A stretch of DNA of 64,000 nt from an uncultured delta proteobacterium (GTDB lineage Bacteria; Myxococcota_A; Polyangia; Polyangiales; Polyangiaceae), in assembly GCA_963716725.1 (NCBI GenBank), contig CAVQUB010000005.1:224001-288000 (forward strand), written 5' to 3'. The notes beneath the pieces were generated by a model that saw only the letters and a list, made by a program, of their open reading frames with translations, ran no database searches and was not told the origin of the DNA. Position numbers and translations under genes: made by a program. Below, piece after piece: positions 30,413-40,484 of this stretch. Positions within the stretch are counted from its first letter, which is position 1; every line of letters starts with the position of its first letter.

Positions 30413-32782
30413 ATGACCACTCCCATCCGACGCGTCGGCGTCATCGGTGCCGGCGTCATGGGCGCCGGCATCGCCGCGCACCTCGCCAATGCCAGCGTCG
30501 AGGTCCTCCTCCTCGACATCGTCCCGCCGAACCTGAGCGACGCCGAGAAGAAGGATCCCCGCGCACGCAACCGCTTTGCCGAAGGTGGGCTCGACAAAGC
30601 CACCAAGGCCAGGCCTGCGGCGTTCTTCCACAAGAGCCGCGCGTCGCTGGTGCAGACGGGAAACCTGGAGGACGACTTTGCAGCGCTCGCGGGCTGCGAT
30701 CTGGTGATCGAGGCCGTGGTCGAGCGACTGGACGTCAAGCGCGCGCTCTTCGAACGCCTCGAGAAGACCCTCGGGGCCGACGCGGTGGTGGCGTCGAACA
30801 CCTCGGGCCTGCGCATTCAGGACATGCTCGAGGGTCGCGGCGCGGGCTTCAAGCAGCACTTCCTGGTGATGCACTTCTTCAACCCGGTGCGCTACATGAA
30901 GCTGCTCGAGTTGGTGGCGGGGCCGGAGACCAGCGCTGAAGTCAAAGGGCGAGTCGAGCACTTCGGGCGCGAGACGCTGGGCAAGGGCATTGTCTGGGCC
31001 AAGGACACGCCGAACTTCGTGGGAAACCGCATCGGCACCCACGCCATGCTCTGGGGCATCCAGCAGATGTTGGCGGACCGCTTGGCGCCGGAGGATCTCG
31101 ACGCCATCACGGGTGAGCCGATGGCGCATCCCAAGAGCGCGAGCTTCCGTACCGCGGACCTGGTTGGTCTCGACACCGTCGTGCACGTCGCGGACAACTG
31201 CTACCAGGCGCTGGCCAGCGATCCCGAGCGCGACGTGTTCCAGCTGCCCGAGTACATCCGCGAGATGGTGAAGTCGGGCCTGCTCGGCAACAAGAGCAAG
31301 TCGGGCTTCTACAAGAAGGCCGGCGACGACATCCAGACCTTCGACCCCTACGAGAAGGCCTACCGGCCCCGTGGGGGCAGCAAGGAAATTCGCGCCAAAT
31401 GCAAGGAGATCGCCGCTGAAGAGAACCCGCGCGACCGTGTGAAGAAGCTCTTCGACGACAGCGGCCCGGCCGGCACCTTCGCTTGGAAGCTGACCAGCCG
31501 AGCGTTGCTCTACGCAGCCAAGATGATCGGCGAGATCACCGACGACGTGACCGCCATCGACGACGCGATGCGCTGGGGCTACGCCTGGGAGCTCGGCCCC
31601 TTCGAGACCTGGGACGCCATCGGCTTCACTCGCGTCCTCGAGCGCATGGAGAAAGACGGCGCGACGATCCCCGAGTGCGTCAAGAAGATGAAGGCCGCTG
31701 GCGCCACGGCGTTCTACCAAGGCGACCAGGTCTTCGACCTGAAGAAGAGCGCGTACGTCGCCAGGAACTCTGATCCCAAGGGCGCGCCCATCGCGCTCCT
31801 GCGCAAGGGCGACAAACCCGTGCTCGCGACGGCGACCGCGGAGGCCTGGGACGTCGGCGACGGCGTTCTTTCGGTGACCTATCGCAGCAAGGCCAACAGC
31901 ATCGATCCCGACGTGATCGCCATGCTGCACCAGGCGACCGAGCGGGCGGAGCGAGACTTTCGTGCGCTGATCATCGCCAACGAGGGCGAGCACTTCAGCG
32001 TGGGCGCCAACCTCTTCGGGGTCGTCGTCGCGGCGCAGCAGAAGCAGTGGGCCGAGCTCGAGAAGATGGTGAACGAGCTCCAGCAGGCCGTGCAGAGGCT
32101 GAAGTACGCCAAGGTCCCGGTGGTCGCGGCGCCCTTCGGCATGGCCGTGGGCGGCGGGCTCGAGGTCTGCCTGGGCGCGGACGCCATCCAAGCCGCGGCC
32201 GAGACCTACGCGGGCCTGGTCGAGGTCGGCGTGGGCCTGATCCCGGCCGGCGGCGGGTGCCTCAACCTGGTGTGGCGGGCCCTCGAGGGCGTGTCCGAGG
32301 GCGCCGACGTCATCGTGCAGTCGCTGGTCGCCGCGGTGTTCAAGAACATCGCCATGGCCAACGTCGCCACCAGCGCGCTGATGGCCCAGGAGCTCGGTTA
32401 TTTCCGCAAGACCGACGGCATCAGCTTCGACAAGGCGCGGGTGGCGGGCGATGCCAAGGCGCGGGCCATCGGCATGGCCGAGTCGGGCTACCACGCTCCG
32501 GTGCCCAAGAGCTACGTGCTGCCGGGCGAGAGCGGTATCGCGACCATCTCGATGCTGGTGGACACCCTGGTCGCCGGCGGCTTCGCCACGGAGTACGACG
32601 GCGTCATCGCGCGCAAGCTCGCCCGCATCCTGTGCGGCGGCGCCGCGGGGGCGGCGGGACCGGTGTCCGAGCAACGCATGTTGGACCTCGAGCGGGAGAC
32701 CTTCCTCGCGCTCTGCGGTGAGCAACGGACCCTCGACCGCATGCAGCACATGCTGATGAACAACAAGCCGCTCCGGAACTAG
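30413..32782 (+). CDS. fadN: 3-hydroxyacyl-CoA dehydrogenase / enoyl-CoA hydratase (FadN-type)
   Basis: GAGVMGAGIA, IEAVVE, SNTSG, HFFNPVRYM, KDTPNFVGNRIG; C-terminal crotonase (FSVGANL, GGGLE, GLVEVGVGLIPAGGG); ends KPLRN. Confidence 0.93.
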   Translation: MTTPIRRVGVIGAGVMGAGIAAHLANASVEVLLLDIVPPNLSDAEKKDPRARNRFAEGGLDKATKARPAAFFHKSRASLVQTGNLEDDFAALAGCDLVIEAVVERLDVKRALFERLEKTLGADAVVASNTSGLRIQDMLEGRGAGFKQHFLVMHFFNPVRYMKLLELVAGPETSAEVKGRVEHFGRETLGKGIVWAKDTPNFVGNRIGTHAMLWGIQQMLADRLAPEDLDAITGEPMAHPKSASFRTADLVGLDTVVHVADNCYQALASDPERDVFQLPEYIREMVKSGLLGNKSKSGFYKKAGDDIQTFDPYEKAYRPRGGSKEIRAKCKEIAAEENPRDRVKKLFDDSGPAGTFAWKLTSRALLYAAKMIGEITDDVTAIDDAMRWGYAWELGPFETWDAIGFTRVLERMEKDGATIPECVKKMKAAGATAFYQGDQVFDLKKSAYVARNSDPKGAPIALLRKGDKPVLATATAEAWDVGDGVLSVTYRSKANSIDPDVIAMLHQATERAERDFRALIIANEGEHFSVGANLFGVVVAAQQKQWAELEKMVNELQQAVQRLKYAKVPVVAAPFGMAVGGGLEVCLGADAIQAAAETYAGLVEVGVGLIPAGGGCLNLVWRALEGVSEGADVIVQSLVAAVFKNIAMANVATSALMAQELGYFRKTDGISFDKARVAGDAKARAIGMAESGYHAPVPKSYVLPGESGIATISMLVDTLVAGGFATEYDGVIARKLARILCGGAAGAAGPVSEQRMLDLERETFLALCGEQRTLDRMQHMLMNNKPLRN

Positions 32783-32847
32783 TGCCGCGCGGCAGAAGTT
32801 TCGCTGGTTTCTTTTCCGTGTGCGTGTCGTCGGTGTAGTGGGGTGAC

Positions 32848-34001
32848 ATGATCGACTACAGCGCGTTCGCGGGTCGAGCGCACGGTGGTCGTCCGACGGT
32901 TCCGCTCGCGCTGAGGGCTGAAGAGCGCGCGCGGATCGAGGAGGCGTTGCGACCCGCCAGGGCGGAGCAGCGGCTGGTTCGTCGGGCGCAGGCCGTGTTG
33001 ATGATGGCGGACGGAGTGCCTGCGACGGACACCGCCCGGCTCCTCGGGGTGCACGTGCGCACGGTGGACGACTGGCGCAAGCGCTTCGACTGCGCGGCAC
33101 CTAGCGAGAGACTGGCGGACGTCCCGCGCTCGGGACGGCCGCCCTCTCTCTCTCGGACAACGTAGCGGCTCGAGTAGAAGCAGAAGCGTGTCGACCGCCG
33201 AGCGACGTCGGCGTGCCCGTCACGCACTGGTCAGCGTCGTTGCTTGGCGTGCACGTTCGCGCGCAAGGAATTCAGATCAGCGACCGGTCGGTGGGCCGCA
33301 TACTCAAGGATGCTGACCTGCAACCGCATCGGCAACAAATGTACCTGACTTCGCACGACGACGAGTTCAGGGGGAAGCGCGACGACGTGCTGCGCGTCTA
33401 CTACGAGACGCCAAAGAAGGAGCACATCGTGTGCGTCGACGAGAAGACCGGCATCCAGGCGCTCGAACGCCGCTACGCTGACATTCCGATGGTGGCCGGA
33501 CAGCCCGTCCGCCGCGAATTCGAGTACGTCCGCCATGGCACGCTCTGCTGGATGGGAGCGCTCGATGTCCGCCGCGGCAAGCCGTTCGGCTTCATCTCGG
33601 ACGGGCACGACAGCGACACCTTCGTCGAGCTACTCGACGTCATCGAGGCGGTCTACCCGCCGGGTCGTGGCCACATCATCATGGACAATCTCTCCGCCCA
33701 CGACACGCCCGACGTGAACGAGTGGTTTGACGAGCACCCACGCTGGACGCGCCACTTCACGCCGAAGCACGCTTCGTGGCTCAACCAGATCGAGTGCTGG
33801 TTCTCGATCCTCACGCGCCAACTTCTCGCACGAGGCTCGTTCACGTCAACCGACGACCTCGCGGCGAGGATCGACGCGTACGTCGCGTGGTATCTGCAGA
33901 CCGACCGACCCTTTCGCTGGTCGTACCGCCCCAAGTCGTGGGCCGAACCCAGAAGAATCCCCTCACTTTCTGCGAAGAAAGTCGCGGCTGTTTCGGAGTG
34001 A
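32848..34001 (+). CDS. IS630 transposase (HTH ORF 32848-33165 plus DDE ORF to 34001; -1 shift in the CT run ~33143-33154)
   Basis: HTH with DxPRSGRP, THWS; DDE motifs CVDEKTGIQ, EYVRHGT, IMDNLSAH, HFTPKHASWLNQIECWF. Confidence 0.93.
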
Positions 34002-34018
34002 GGCCCGACCACACGGGG

Positions 34019-34514
34019 ATGGCACAGGAAGGGCGAAAGCTCGGAAGATTTGGGGATGGGACGGACGAGGTGATCGGTGCGCTGATCGAGGTGCATCGGC
34101 ATCTCGGTCCAGGGCTGATGGAATCCGCATATGAGGCCTGTCTATCTGCCGAGCTGTCCGAACGACGGCTCAAGTTCGAGCGGCAGCGACCGCTACCAAT
34201 CCGCTACAAAGGCGCACACCTTGACTGCGCCTATCGCCTCGACCTGGTCGCTTCCAGATCGTATCCTCCTGGAGCTCAAGGCGGTCGAGCGGCTGCTCCC
34301 GATTTACGAAGCGCAGGTCATCACCTATCTGCGTCTTTCGCGGTTGCCCGTCGGCCTGCTCGTGAACTTCAACGTGACCGCGCTCAGAAATGGCCTGCGG
34401 AGGCTAACGCCTGACCACCCCAAATCCTTCCGCTCTTCCGCCCTTCCTGTGAGAGCCCAAATGAGCGCAGGTCTCAGGGGCGAATCCACTCGAACTTCGG
34501 CCGCGCGGCACTAG
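34019..34514 (+). CDS. GxxExxY protein (PD-(D/E)XK nuclease-like), frameshifted near 34250
   Basis: IGALIEVHRHLGPGLMESAYEACL, YRLDL, ILLELKAVE, EAQVITYLRL...GLLVNFN. Confidence 0.9.
34023..34451. repeat. Inverted repeat pair bracketing the GxxExxY gene (34023-34055 / 34418-34451)
   Basis: CACAGGAAGGGCGAAAGCTCGGAAG-ATTTGGGG vs reverse complement CACAGGAAGGGCGGAAGAGCGGAAGGATTTGGGG; 30/34 positions match. Confidence 0.85.
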
Positions 34515-34654
34515 GTCTCCGGGGGGGGCCCTCGCTCCGGCGGCCGCCGCCGGCGAAGCTGGCGATCGCCAGGGCGCTGGCGGTGCAAGTCTTTGGATTT
34601 GCGGTGTCTTGGTGTTGGCGCGCGTGTTGCTCCGCGCCGGCAGGAGGAAGACCA

Positions 34655-34993
34655 ATGACCCAGATCCAAGAGAGCGACCTCGAGATCCGCACCCAAGAGC
34701 GCCTCGCCCGCGACCCCCAGGCCCGTCGAGAGCTGCTCTGGCTGATGGCAATGCTCGACGACGATCAGCCGCGCGCTCGCGAGCTCGAGGGGCTCGACGC
34801 CGGCATCCGCCGCCGCCTCGCGCCGCTGGTTTCGAGGTGCTGGCACGCGCTGCACGCTCGCAACGACGGCTCGACGGCGGGCCGCGAACTCTACGCCCGT
34901 GCCTGGACCGAACGCTTCGCGCACCATGCCGCCCGCTATCGAGGGGTGCGGTGTGGCTGCGCCCAATGCCGCGAAGGAGCCGTGGGCGCGTGA
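34655..34993 (+). CDS. Hypothetical protein
   Basis: Strong AGGAGG RBS before ATG; 112-aa helical ORF. Confidence 0.55.
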   Translation: MTQIQESDLEIRTQERLARDPQARRELLWLMAMLDDDQPRARELEGLDAGIRRRLAPLVSRCWHALHARNDGSTAGRELYARAWTERFAHHAARYRGVRCGCAQCREGAVGA

Positions 34994-35046
34994 TGGCGCC
35001 TCGGGCGAGTGACGGCGCCTCGGGCGAGTGACGGCGCCTCGCGCGG
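34990..35046 (+). repeat. 19-nt tandem repeat x3
   Basis: GTGA(T/C)GGCGCCTCG(G/C)GCG(A/G) at 34990, 35009 and 35028. Confidence 0.85.
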
Positions 35047-35418
35047 TGCTGTATCGCGTTCCTCAACGCGCGCGACGCGAAGCTGAAGGCTTGCATCCAA
35101 CGCTCGAGCGCAGGCGACCTGCGGCTCTGTTCGGTGGTGAAGGCCGAGCCCCCGCCCGGCGCCCGCAACGGCTCGCGCGCTGCTGATAACCTCCGCTCGC
35201 TCGCTCAGTTCTTCGACGCCTTCGAGTCGTTGCCCTTCGATGACGAAGTCGCGGAAGCGTACGGCGTGCTCCGCACCAAGCTGCGGCGATCCGGGCGGCC
35301 CATCGGCGCGAACGACATGCTCATCGCGGCGATCGCGCTGGTGAATCGCGCCACCTTGGTGACTCGGGACGACGACGAGTTCCTGCGCGTGCCGGGGCTG
35401 CAAGTCGAGGTCTGGTAG
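35047..35418 (+). pseudogene. vapC: 5'-truncated PIN-domain toxin (VapC-like)
   Basis: CIAFLN..., SVVKAE, LPFD..VAEAYG.LR..L...G.PIGANDMLIAAIAL...ATLVTRD..EF.RVPGL..EVW. The N-terminal LDTN motif and start codon are missing. Confidence 0.75.
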
Positions 35419-35459
35419 CCCATCGGGGCCGGCTGGAGCGGCGAAGTCGCGAACGTGTT

Positions 35460-36023
35460 ATGCCCGCCCGCATGCTGGGGCGAAGCGGTCTGCTATTGGC
35501 GGTTCTGATCTGCGGCTGCGGCGGGGCCGGCGCGCCTGCCCCCGACCCGAAGACGCCGGACGAAATCGAGTCTCCGACGCCCCCGGGCGACGCGCCGCCC
35601 AGCTCCGAGTCGCCGAGCGAGGCGAAGGACCCGGACGCCACGCCACCGAAGGACGAAGCGCCCGCGGCCGCAGTCGAGCCCCTGAGCGCCCAAGATCTCG
35701 AGGCGGTCCTGCAGCAGCTGATGGATGACCCTGAAATGTCCGAGTACCTGAAGCTGAAGAAACCAGGTCGGTTGCCGCTCAGGGTCTCCGGCGAAGGCCT
35801 TCCCGCCAAGCTCTCGGTCATCATCGGATCGCACGACCTGAAGGTCGTCGGTGAGCCGAAGTCGAAGAAGGATCCGGTGCTCGTCTTCACCAAGATCGAG
35901 CGCGACGGCGAGTCGGTGCGCCTGCGCTACCGCTTCGACGCCGAGGCCATCACCGGCTCCGCGGTCATCCACCGCAAGGGTGGTACGTGGCGGCTTGGCG
36001 CGAACCGCGTGTTGGGTAAGTGA
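35460..36023 (+). CDS. Hypothetical lipoprotein
   Basis: Signal peptide with CGC, acidic Pro linker, small alpha/beta domain. Confidence 0.65.
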   Translation: MPARMLGRSGLLLAVLICGCGGAGAPAPDPKTPDEIESPTPPGDAPPSSESPSEAKDPDATPPKDEAPAAAVEPLSAQDLEAVLQQLMDDPEMSEYLKLKKPGRLPLRVSGEGLPAKLSVIIGSHDLKVVGEPKSKKDPVLVFTKIERDGESVRLRYRFDAEAITGSAVIHRKGGTWRLGANRVLGK

Positions 36024-36097
36024 GCTCGCGCGGCGCTGGTGCCAGCGTGCCCGCCTCGCTTGCAGTTGGCACGAAAGCGGGTGAAGATCCCACGGCA

Positions 36098-36331
36098 ATG
36101 GATCGCGTCATCCGTGTCGTTTCCAGCTTCGCCGAAGCAGATGAGGCTGACCGCGAAGATCTCGCACGCTTGTCCCTCGAGGAGCGCATCTCACAAGTGG
36201 CCGAGCTGCGGAGGATATGGTTCGGTGAAAGTAAGATTCGCTCCCGATTGGTCCGAGTTCGTGACGTTGCTTCTGGCGCACCGGGTGCGGTTCGTCCTGG
36301 TCGGCGGGCACACGTTCGCCGGGCACGCTGA
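36098..36331 (+). CDS. Small protein overlapping the nucleotidyltransferase (possible antitoxin/partner)
   Basis: SFAEADEADR...LSLEERI...ELRR pattern typical of small ORFs upstream of such NTases. Confidence 0.5.
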   Translation: MDRVIRVVSSFAEADEADREDLARLSLEERISQVAELRRIWFGESKIRSRLVRVRDVASGAPGAVRPGRRAHVRRAR

Positions 36332-36758
36332 GCCGCGACTGACCGAAGATCTCGACGTATTCGTCGACCCGACGCTGGCCAACGGAGCGCGTCTCAGGCG
36401 GGCCCTCGTGGAATTCGGGTTCGGGGACTCTGCCCCCTCGGCGGAAGCCCTCGCGGTGCCCGGAAAGATCTGGATGCTGGGGAGAAAGCCCTGGCGGATC
36501 GACGTGCTCACCGCGATCGACGGAGTGACGTTTCGCGAGGCGTGGCGGGGGCGTGTGCATGCCGACTTCGACGCTGGGGCGCTGCCCGTTCTCGGACTCG
36601 AGGAACTCATCCGAAACAAACGCGCGGCGGGCCGTCCGAAGGACCTCGCAGACGTTGCCAGGCTCGAGCAAGTGGTCGCGGATCGCCGCACGAGGCGCGC
36701 CGTGCGGCCGGAGAAGGCGCCCCGCGCGCGACCTGCTCGCTCCAAGAAGCGCAAGTGA
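36225..36758 (+). CDS. Nucleotidyltransferase-fold protein (DUF6036/AbiEii-like)
   Basis: VLVGG...H..PR.TEDLDV, RIDVLT.IDGV.F, LIRNKRAAGRPKDLAD. Confidence 0.8.
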   Translation: MKVRFAPDWSEFVTLLLAHRVRFVLVGGHTFAGHAEPRLTEDLDVFVDPTLANGARLRRALVEFGFGDSAPSAEALAVPGKIWMLGRKPWRIDVLTAIDGVTFREAWRGRVHADFDAGALPVLGLEELIRNKRAAGRPKDLADVARLEQVVADRRTRRAVRPEKAPRARPARSKKRK

Positions 36759-36764
36759 CGCCGC

Positions 36765-38435
36765 TCACCTGAGCCCGACAATGCGGCCGTCGACCACGTC
36801 GATATTCTCCGACGCGGGGTGCTTGGGCAGGCCGGGCATGCGCATGATCTCGCCGGTGAGCGCCACCAAGAAGCCCGCGCCCGCGTTGATCTGAATATTG
36901 CGCACGGTCACGTCGAAATTCGTGGGGCGACCGCGCAAGCTCGGGTTGTCCGAGAGCGAGTTCTGGGTCTTGGCCATGCAGATCGGTAAGCCCGCGTAGC
37001 CGAGTCGTTCGACGTCCTCCAGATCGCGCTTGGCCGCCGCGGTGAGCTCGACGTCGTTCGCGCCGTAGATGCGCTGGCAGATGGTTCGGATCTTGTCCAC
37101 CACCGGAGAGCCCCAGTCGTAGAGCGGCTTGAAGGGCACTGGCGTGGCCTCCGCGTGCGCGATGAGCTTGCGCGCCAAATCGAGGGCGCCTTCGCCGCCG
37201 CGTGCGTGATGATCGGTGATCGCAAAGGGAATGCCCAGCTTCTCGCAGCAGCGCCGCACCACGGCCATCTCTTCGTCCGAGTCGCCGCCAAAGCGGTTCA
37301 GCGCGATCACCGGGGCTTCGCCGAAGCAGCGGATGTTCTCGATGTGCTTCTCGAGGTTCGGCAGGCCCGCTTCGACCGCTCGAGCGTCGGGCTTCGAGAG
37401 GTTGTCCTTGCTGACGCCGCCATGCATTTTCAGCGCGCGGATGGTGGCCACCAGCACCACCGCCGCCGTGTCGAGGCCCGCGCCGGCGCATTTGATGTCG
37501 AAGAATTTCTCAGCGCCGAGATCGAAGCCGAAGCCCGCCTCTGTCACCGCCCAATCCGAGAAATGCATCGCCATGCGCGTGGCCAAGACGCTGTTGCAGC
37601 CGTGGGCGATGTTGGCGAAAGGACCGCCGTGGACGAAGCAGGGGGTGCCTTCCAGGGTCTGCACCAGGTTGGGCATGAGGGCGTCCTTCAAGAGCGCGAG
37701 CACCGCGCCGGTCGCCTTCAAGTCCCCCGCCGTGACGGGCTTTCCCTCGAAGGTGAAGGCCACCAAGGTGCGATCGATGCGGCGCCGCAGATCGTCGTAG
37801 CCGTCGGCCAGGCACAGCATCGCCATGATCTCCGAAGCGGCGGTGATGTCGAAGCCCGTCTCGCGCGGCACGCCCTGCATCACGCCGCCGAGGCCGATGA
37901 TGATGTTGCGCAGCGCGCGCTCGTTCATATCGATGACGCGACGCCAGAGCACTCGGCGCGGGTTGATTTGCACGCCCGAGGTGAAGTGAATGTGGTTGTC
38001 GAGGACGGCAGCGAGCAGGTTGTGAGCGGCGGTGATGGCGTGGAAGTCGCCGGTGAAGTGCAGGTTGATTGAGTCCGCCGGCATCAACTGGCTGTAGCCG
38101 CCGCCGGTCGCACCTCCCTTGACGCCCATGCACGGCCCGAGGGAGGGCTCGCGCAGCGCGAGGCACACCGACTCGCCCAACTTCGACAGGGCCTGGCCCA
38201 GCCCGATGGTCGTCGTGGTCTTGCCCTCGCCCGCCGGAGTCGGAGTGATGGCGCTCACCAGCACCAGCTTCGACGGACGCGGGCGCTTGCGAGCCTCGGA
38301 GAGCACCGAGAGCTCGACCTTGGCCTTGTCACGGCCGTAGGGGATCAGGCGCTCGTGGGAGATCCCCAGCTGGTCGGCGATCTCCGAGATGGGGCGGGGC
38401 GTGAACGAGCGTGCAATCTCTGCGTCCGTCTTCAT
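36765..38435 (-). CDS. fhs: Formate--tetrahydrofolate ligase
   Basis: TPTPAGEGKTTT, LREPSLGP, INLHFTGDFHAI, HGGPFANIAHGCNS, ICMAKTQ.SLSD, MPGLP. Confidence 0.97.
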   Translation of the reverse strand: MKTDAEIARSFTPRPISEIADQLGISHERLIPYGRDKAKVELSVLSEARKRPRPSKLVLVSAITPTPAGEGKTTTTIGLGQALSKLGESVCLALREPSLGPCMGVKGGATGGGYSQLMPADSINLHFTGDFHAITAAHNLLAAVLDNHIHFTSGVQINPRRVLWRRVIDMNERALRNIIIGLGGVMQGVPRETGFDITAASEIMAMLCLADGYDDLRRRIDRTLVAFTFEGKPVTAGDLKATGAVLALLKDALMPNLVQTLEGTPCFVHGGPFANIAHGCNSVLATRMAMHFSDWAVTEAGFGFDLGAEKFFDIKCAGAGLDTAAVVLVATIRALKMHGGVSKDNLSKPDARAVEAGLPNLEKHIENIRCFGEAPVIALNRFGGDSDEEMAVVRRCCEKLGIPFAITDHHARGGEGALDLARKLIAHAEATPVPFKPLYDWGSPVVDKIRTICQRIYGANDVELTAAAKRDLEDVERLGYAGLPICMAKTQNSLSDNPSLRGRPTNFDVTVRNIQINAGAGFLVALTGEIMRMPGLPKHPASENIDVVDGRIVGLR

Positions 38436-38503
38436 GTCGCGATGATACCGCGCTTGCTCGCCGCGGGGCGCCAGCGTAAGCGACGGACTCGGAGGTTCGT
38501 CGC

Positions 38504-39667
<1,164 letters not shown>

Positions 39668-39736
39668 GCAGCTTGCGTGGCGCGTCGAAGCCGAAGGCCT
39701 GGCCTGGCGTCCAATGGCTGGCTATAGTTTGCATGC

Positions 39737-40318
39737 GTGACCGAACCGGCGAAGAAGCTCGCTACGTATCGAGACGTGCAGGCCGCACCGCCTCACATGA
39801 TCGCCGAGCTCATCGACGGGGAGTTGCGTCTTCAGCCCCGGCCGGCCAAACCCCACGCTGCTGCCGCAAGCGCGCTCGGTGAAGAGCTGGGCCCACCTTT
39901 CAAGCGCGGCCGTGGTGGACCTGGTGGTTGGGTGATCCTCGACGAGCCCGAGCTGCATTTGGCCGCGGACGTTCTCGTTCCCGATCTGGGAGGCTGGCGC
40001 GTCGAACGCTTGCCCGCGCTCATCGACGACGAGCCGTTCTTTACGCTGACTCCGGACTGGGTCTGTGCGGTGCTGAGCCCGCGCACCGCGAAGTACGATC
40101 GAACCGATAAACTGCGAATTTACGCTCGAGAGCAGGTCCCCTGGGTCTGGTTCGTCGATCCTCTGCAGCGAACGCTCGAAGTCCTGCGGCTCGAGGCGAG
40201 CAAGTGGACCGTGCTGGATACGTGGCGCGACGACGCCACGGTACGCGCCCGACCGTTCGATGCAATCGAGCTAGAACTCGCAGCCCTCTGGCATCGGGTC
40301 GTTCTCCGTGAGCCTTGA
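39737..40318 (+). CDS. Uma2 family endonuclease-like protein
   Basis: [53 protein letters not shown]. Confidence 0.9.
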   Translation: MTEPAKKLATYRDVQAAPPHMIAELIDGELRLQPRPAKPHAAAASALGEELGPPFKRGRGGPGGWVILDEPELHLAADVLVPDLGGWRVERLPALIDDEPFFTLTPDWVCAVLSPRTAKYDRTDKLRIYAREQVPWVWFVDPLQRTLEVLRLEASKWTVLDTWRDDATVRARPFDAIELELAALWHRVVLREP

Positions 40319-40484
40319 CCGGACGATGGGCGGAGCCGCTCGCCGGCTGCCGTCAGCCGACCCGTCTGAGCCAAGCCAGGAGCGCGCTGCGCATGGCCTG
40401 TCGAGGACCGCCGAGGGCGGCGAGTACCGGAAGCTGGACGAGACCCGAGGCGTGCGCCTGATGTGTCCGGGCACGTTCTGATCG

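Larger units (their letters stand above)
32780..34513 (+). mobile_element. Complete IS630-family insertion sequence carrying a GxxExxY passenger
   Basis: Terminal inverted repeats TAGTGCCGCGCGGC(A/C)GAAGTT at 32780-32800 and 34493-34513 (20/21 match). Both ends sit in CTAG (TA target), at the fadN stop codon. Confidence 0.92.
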
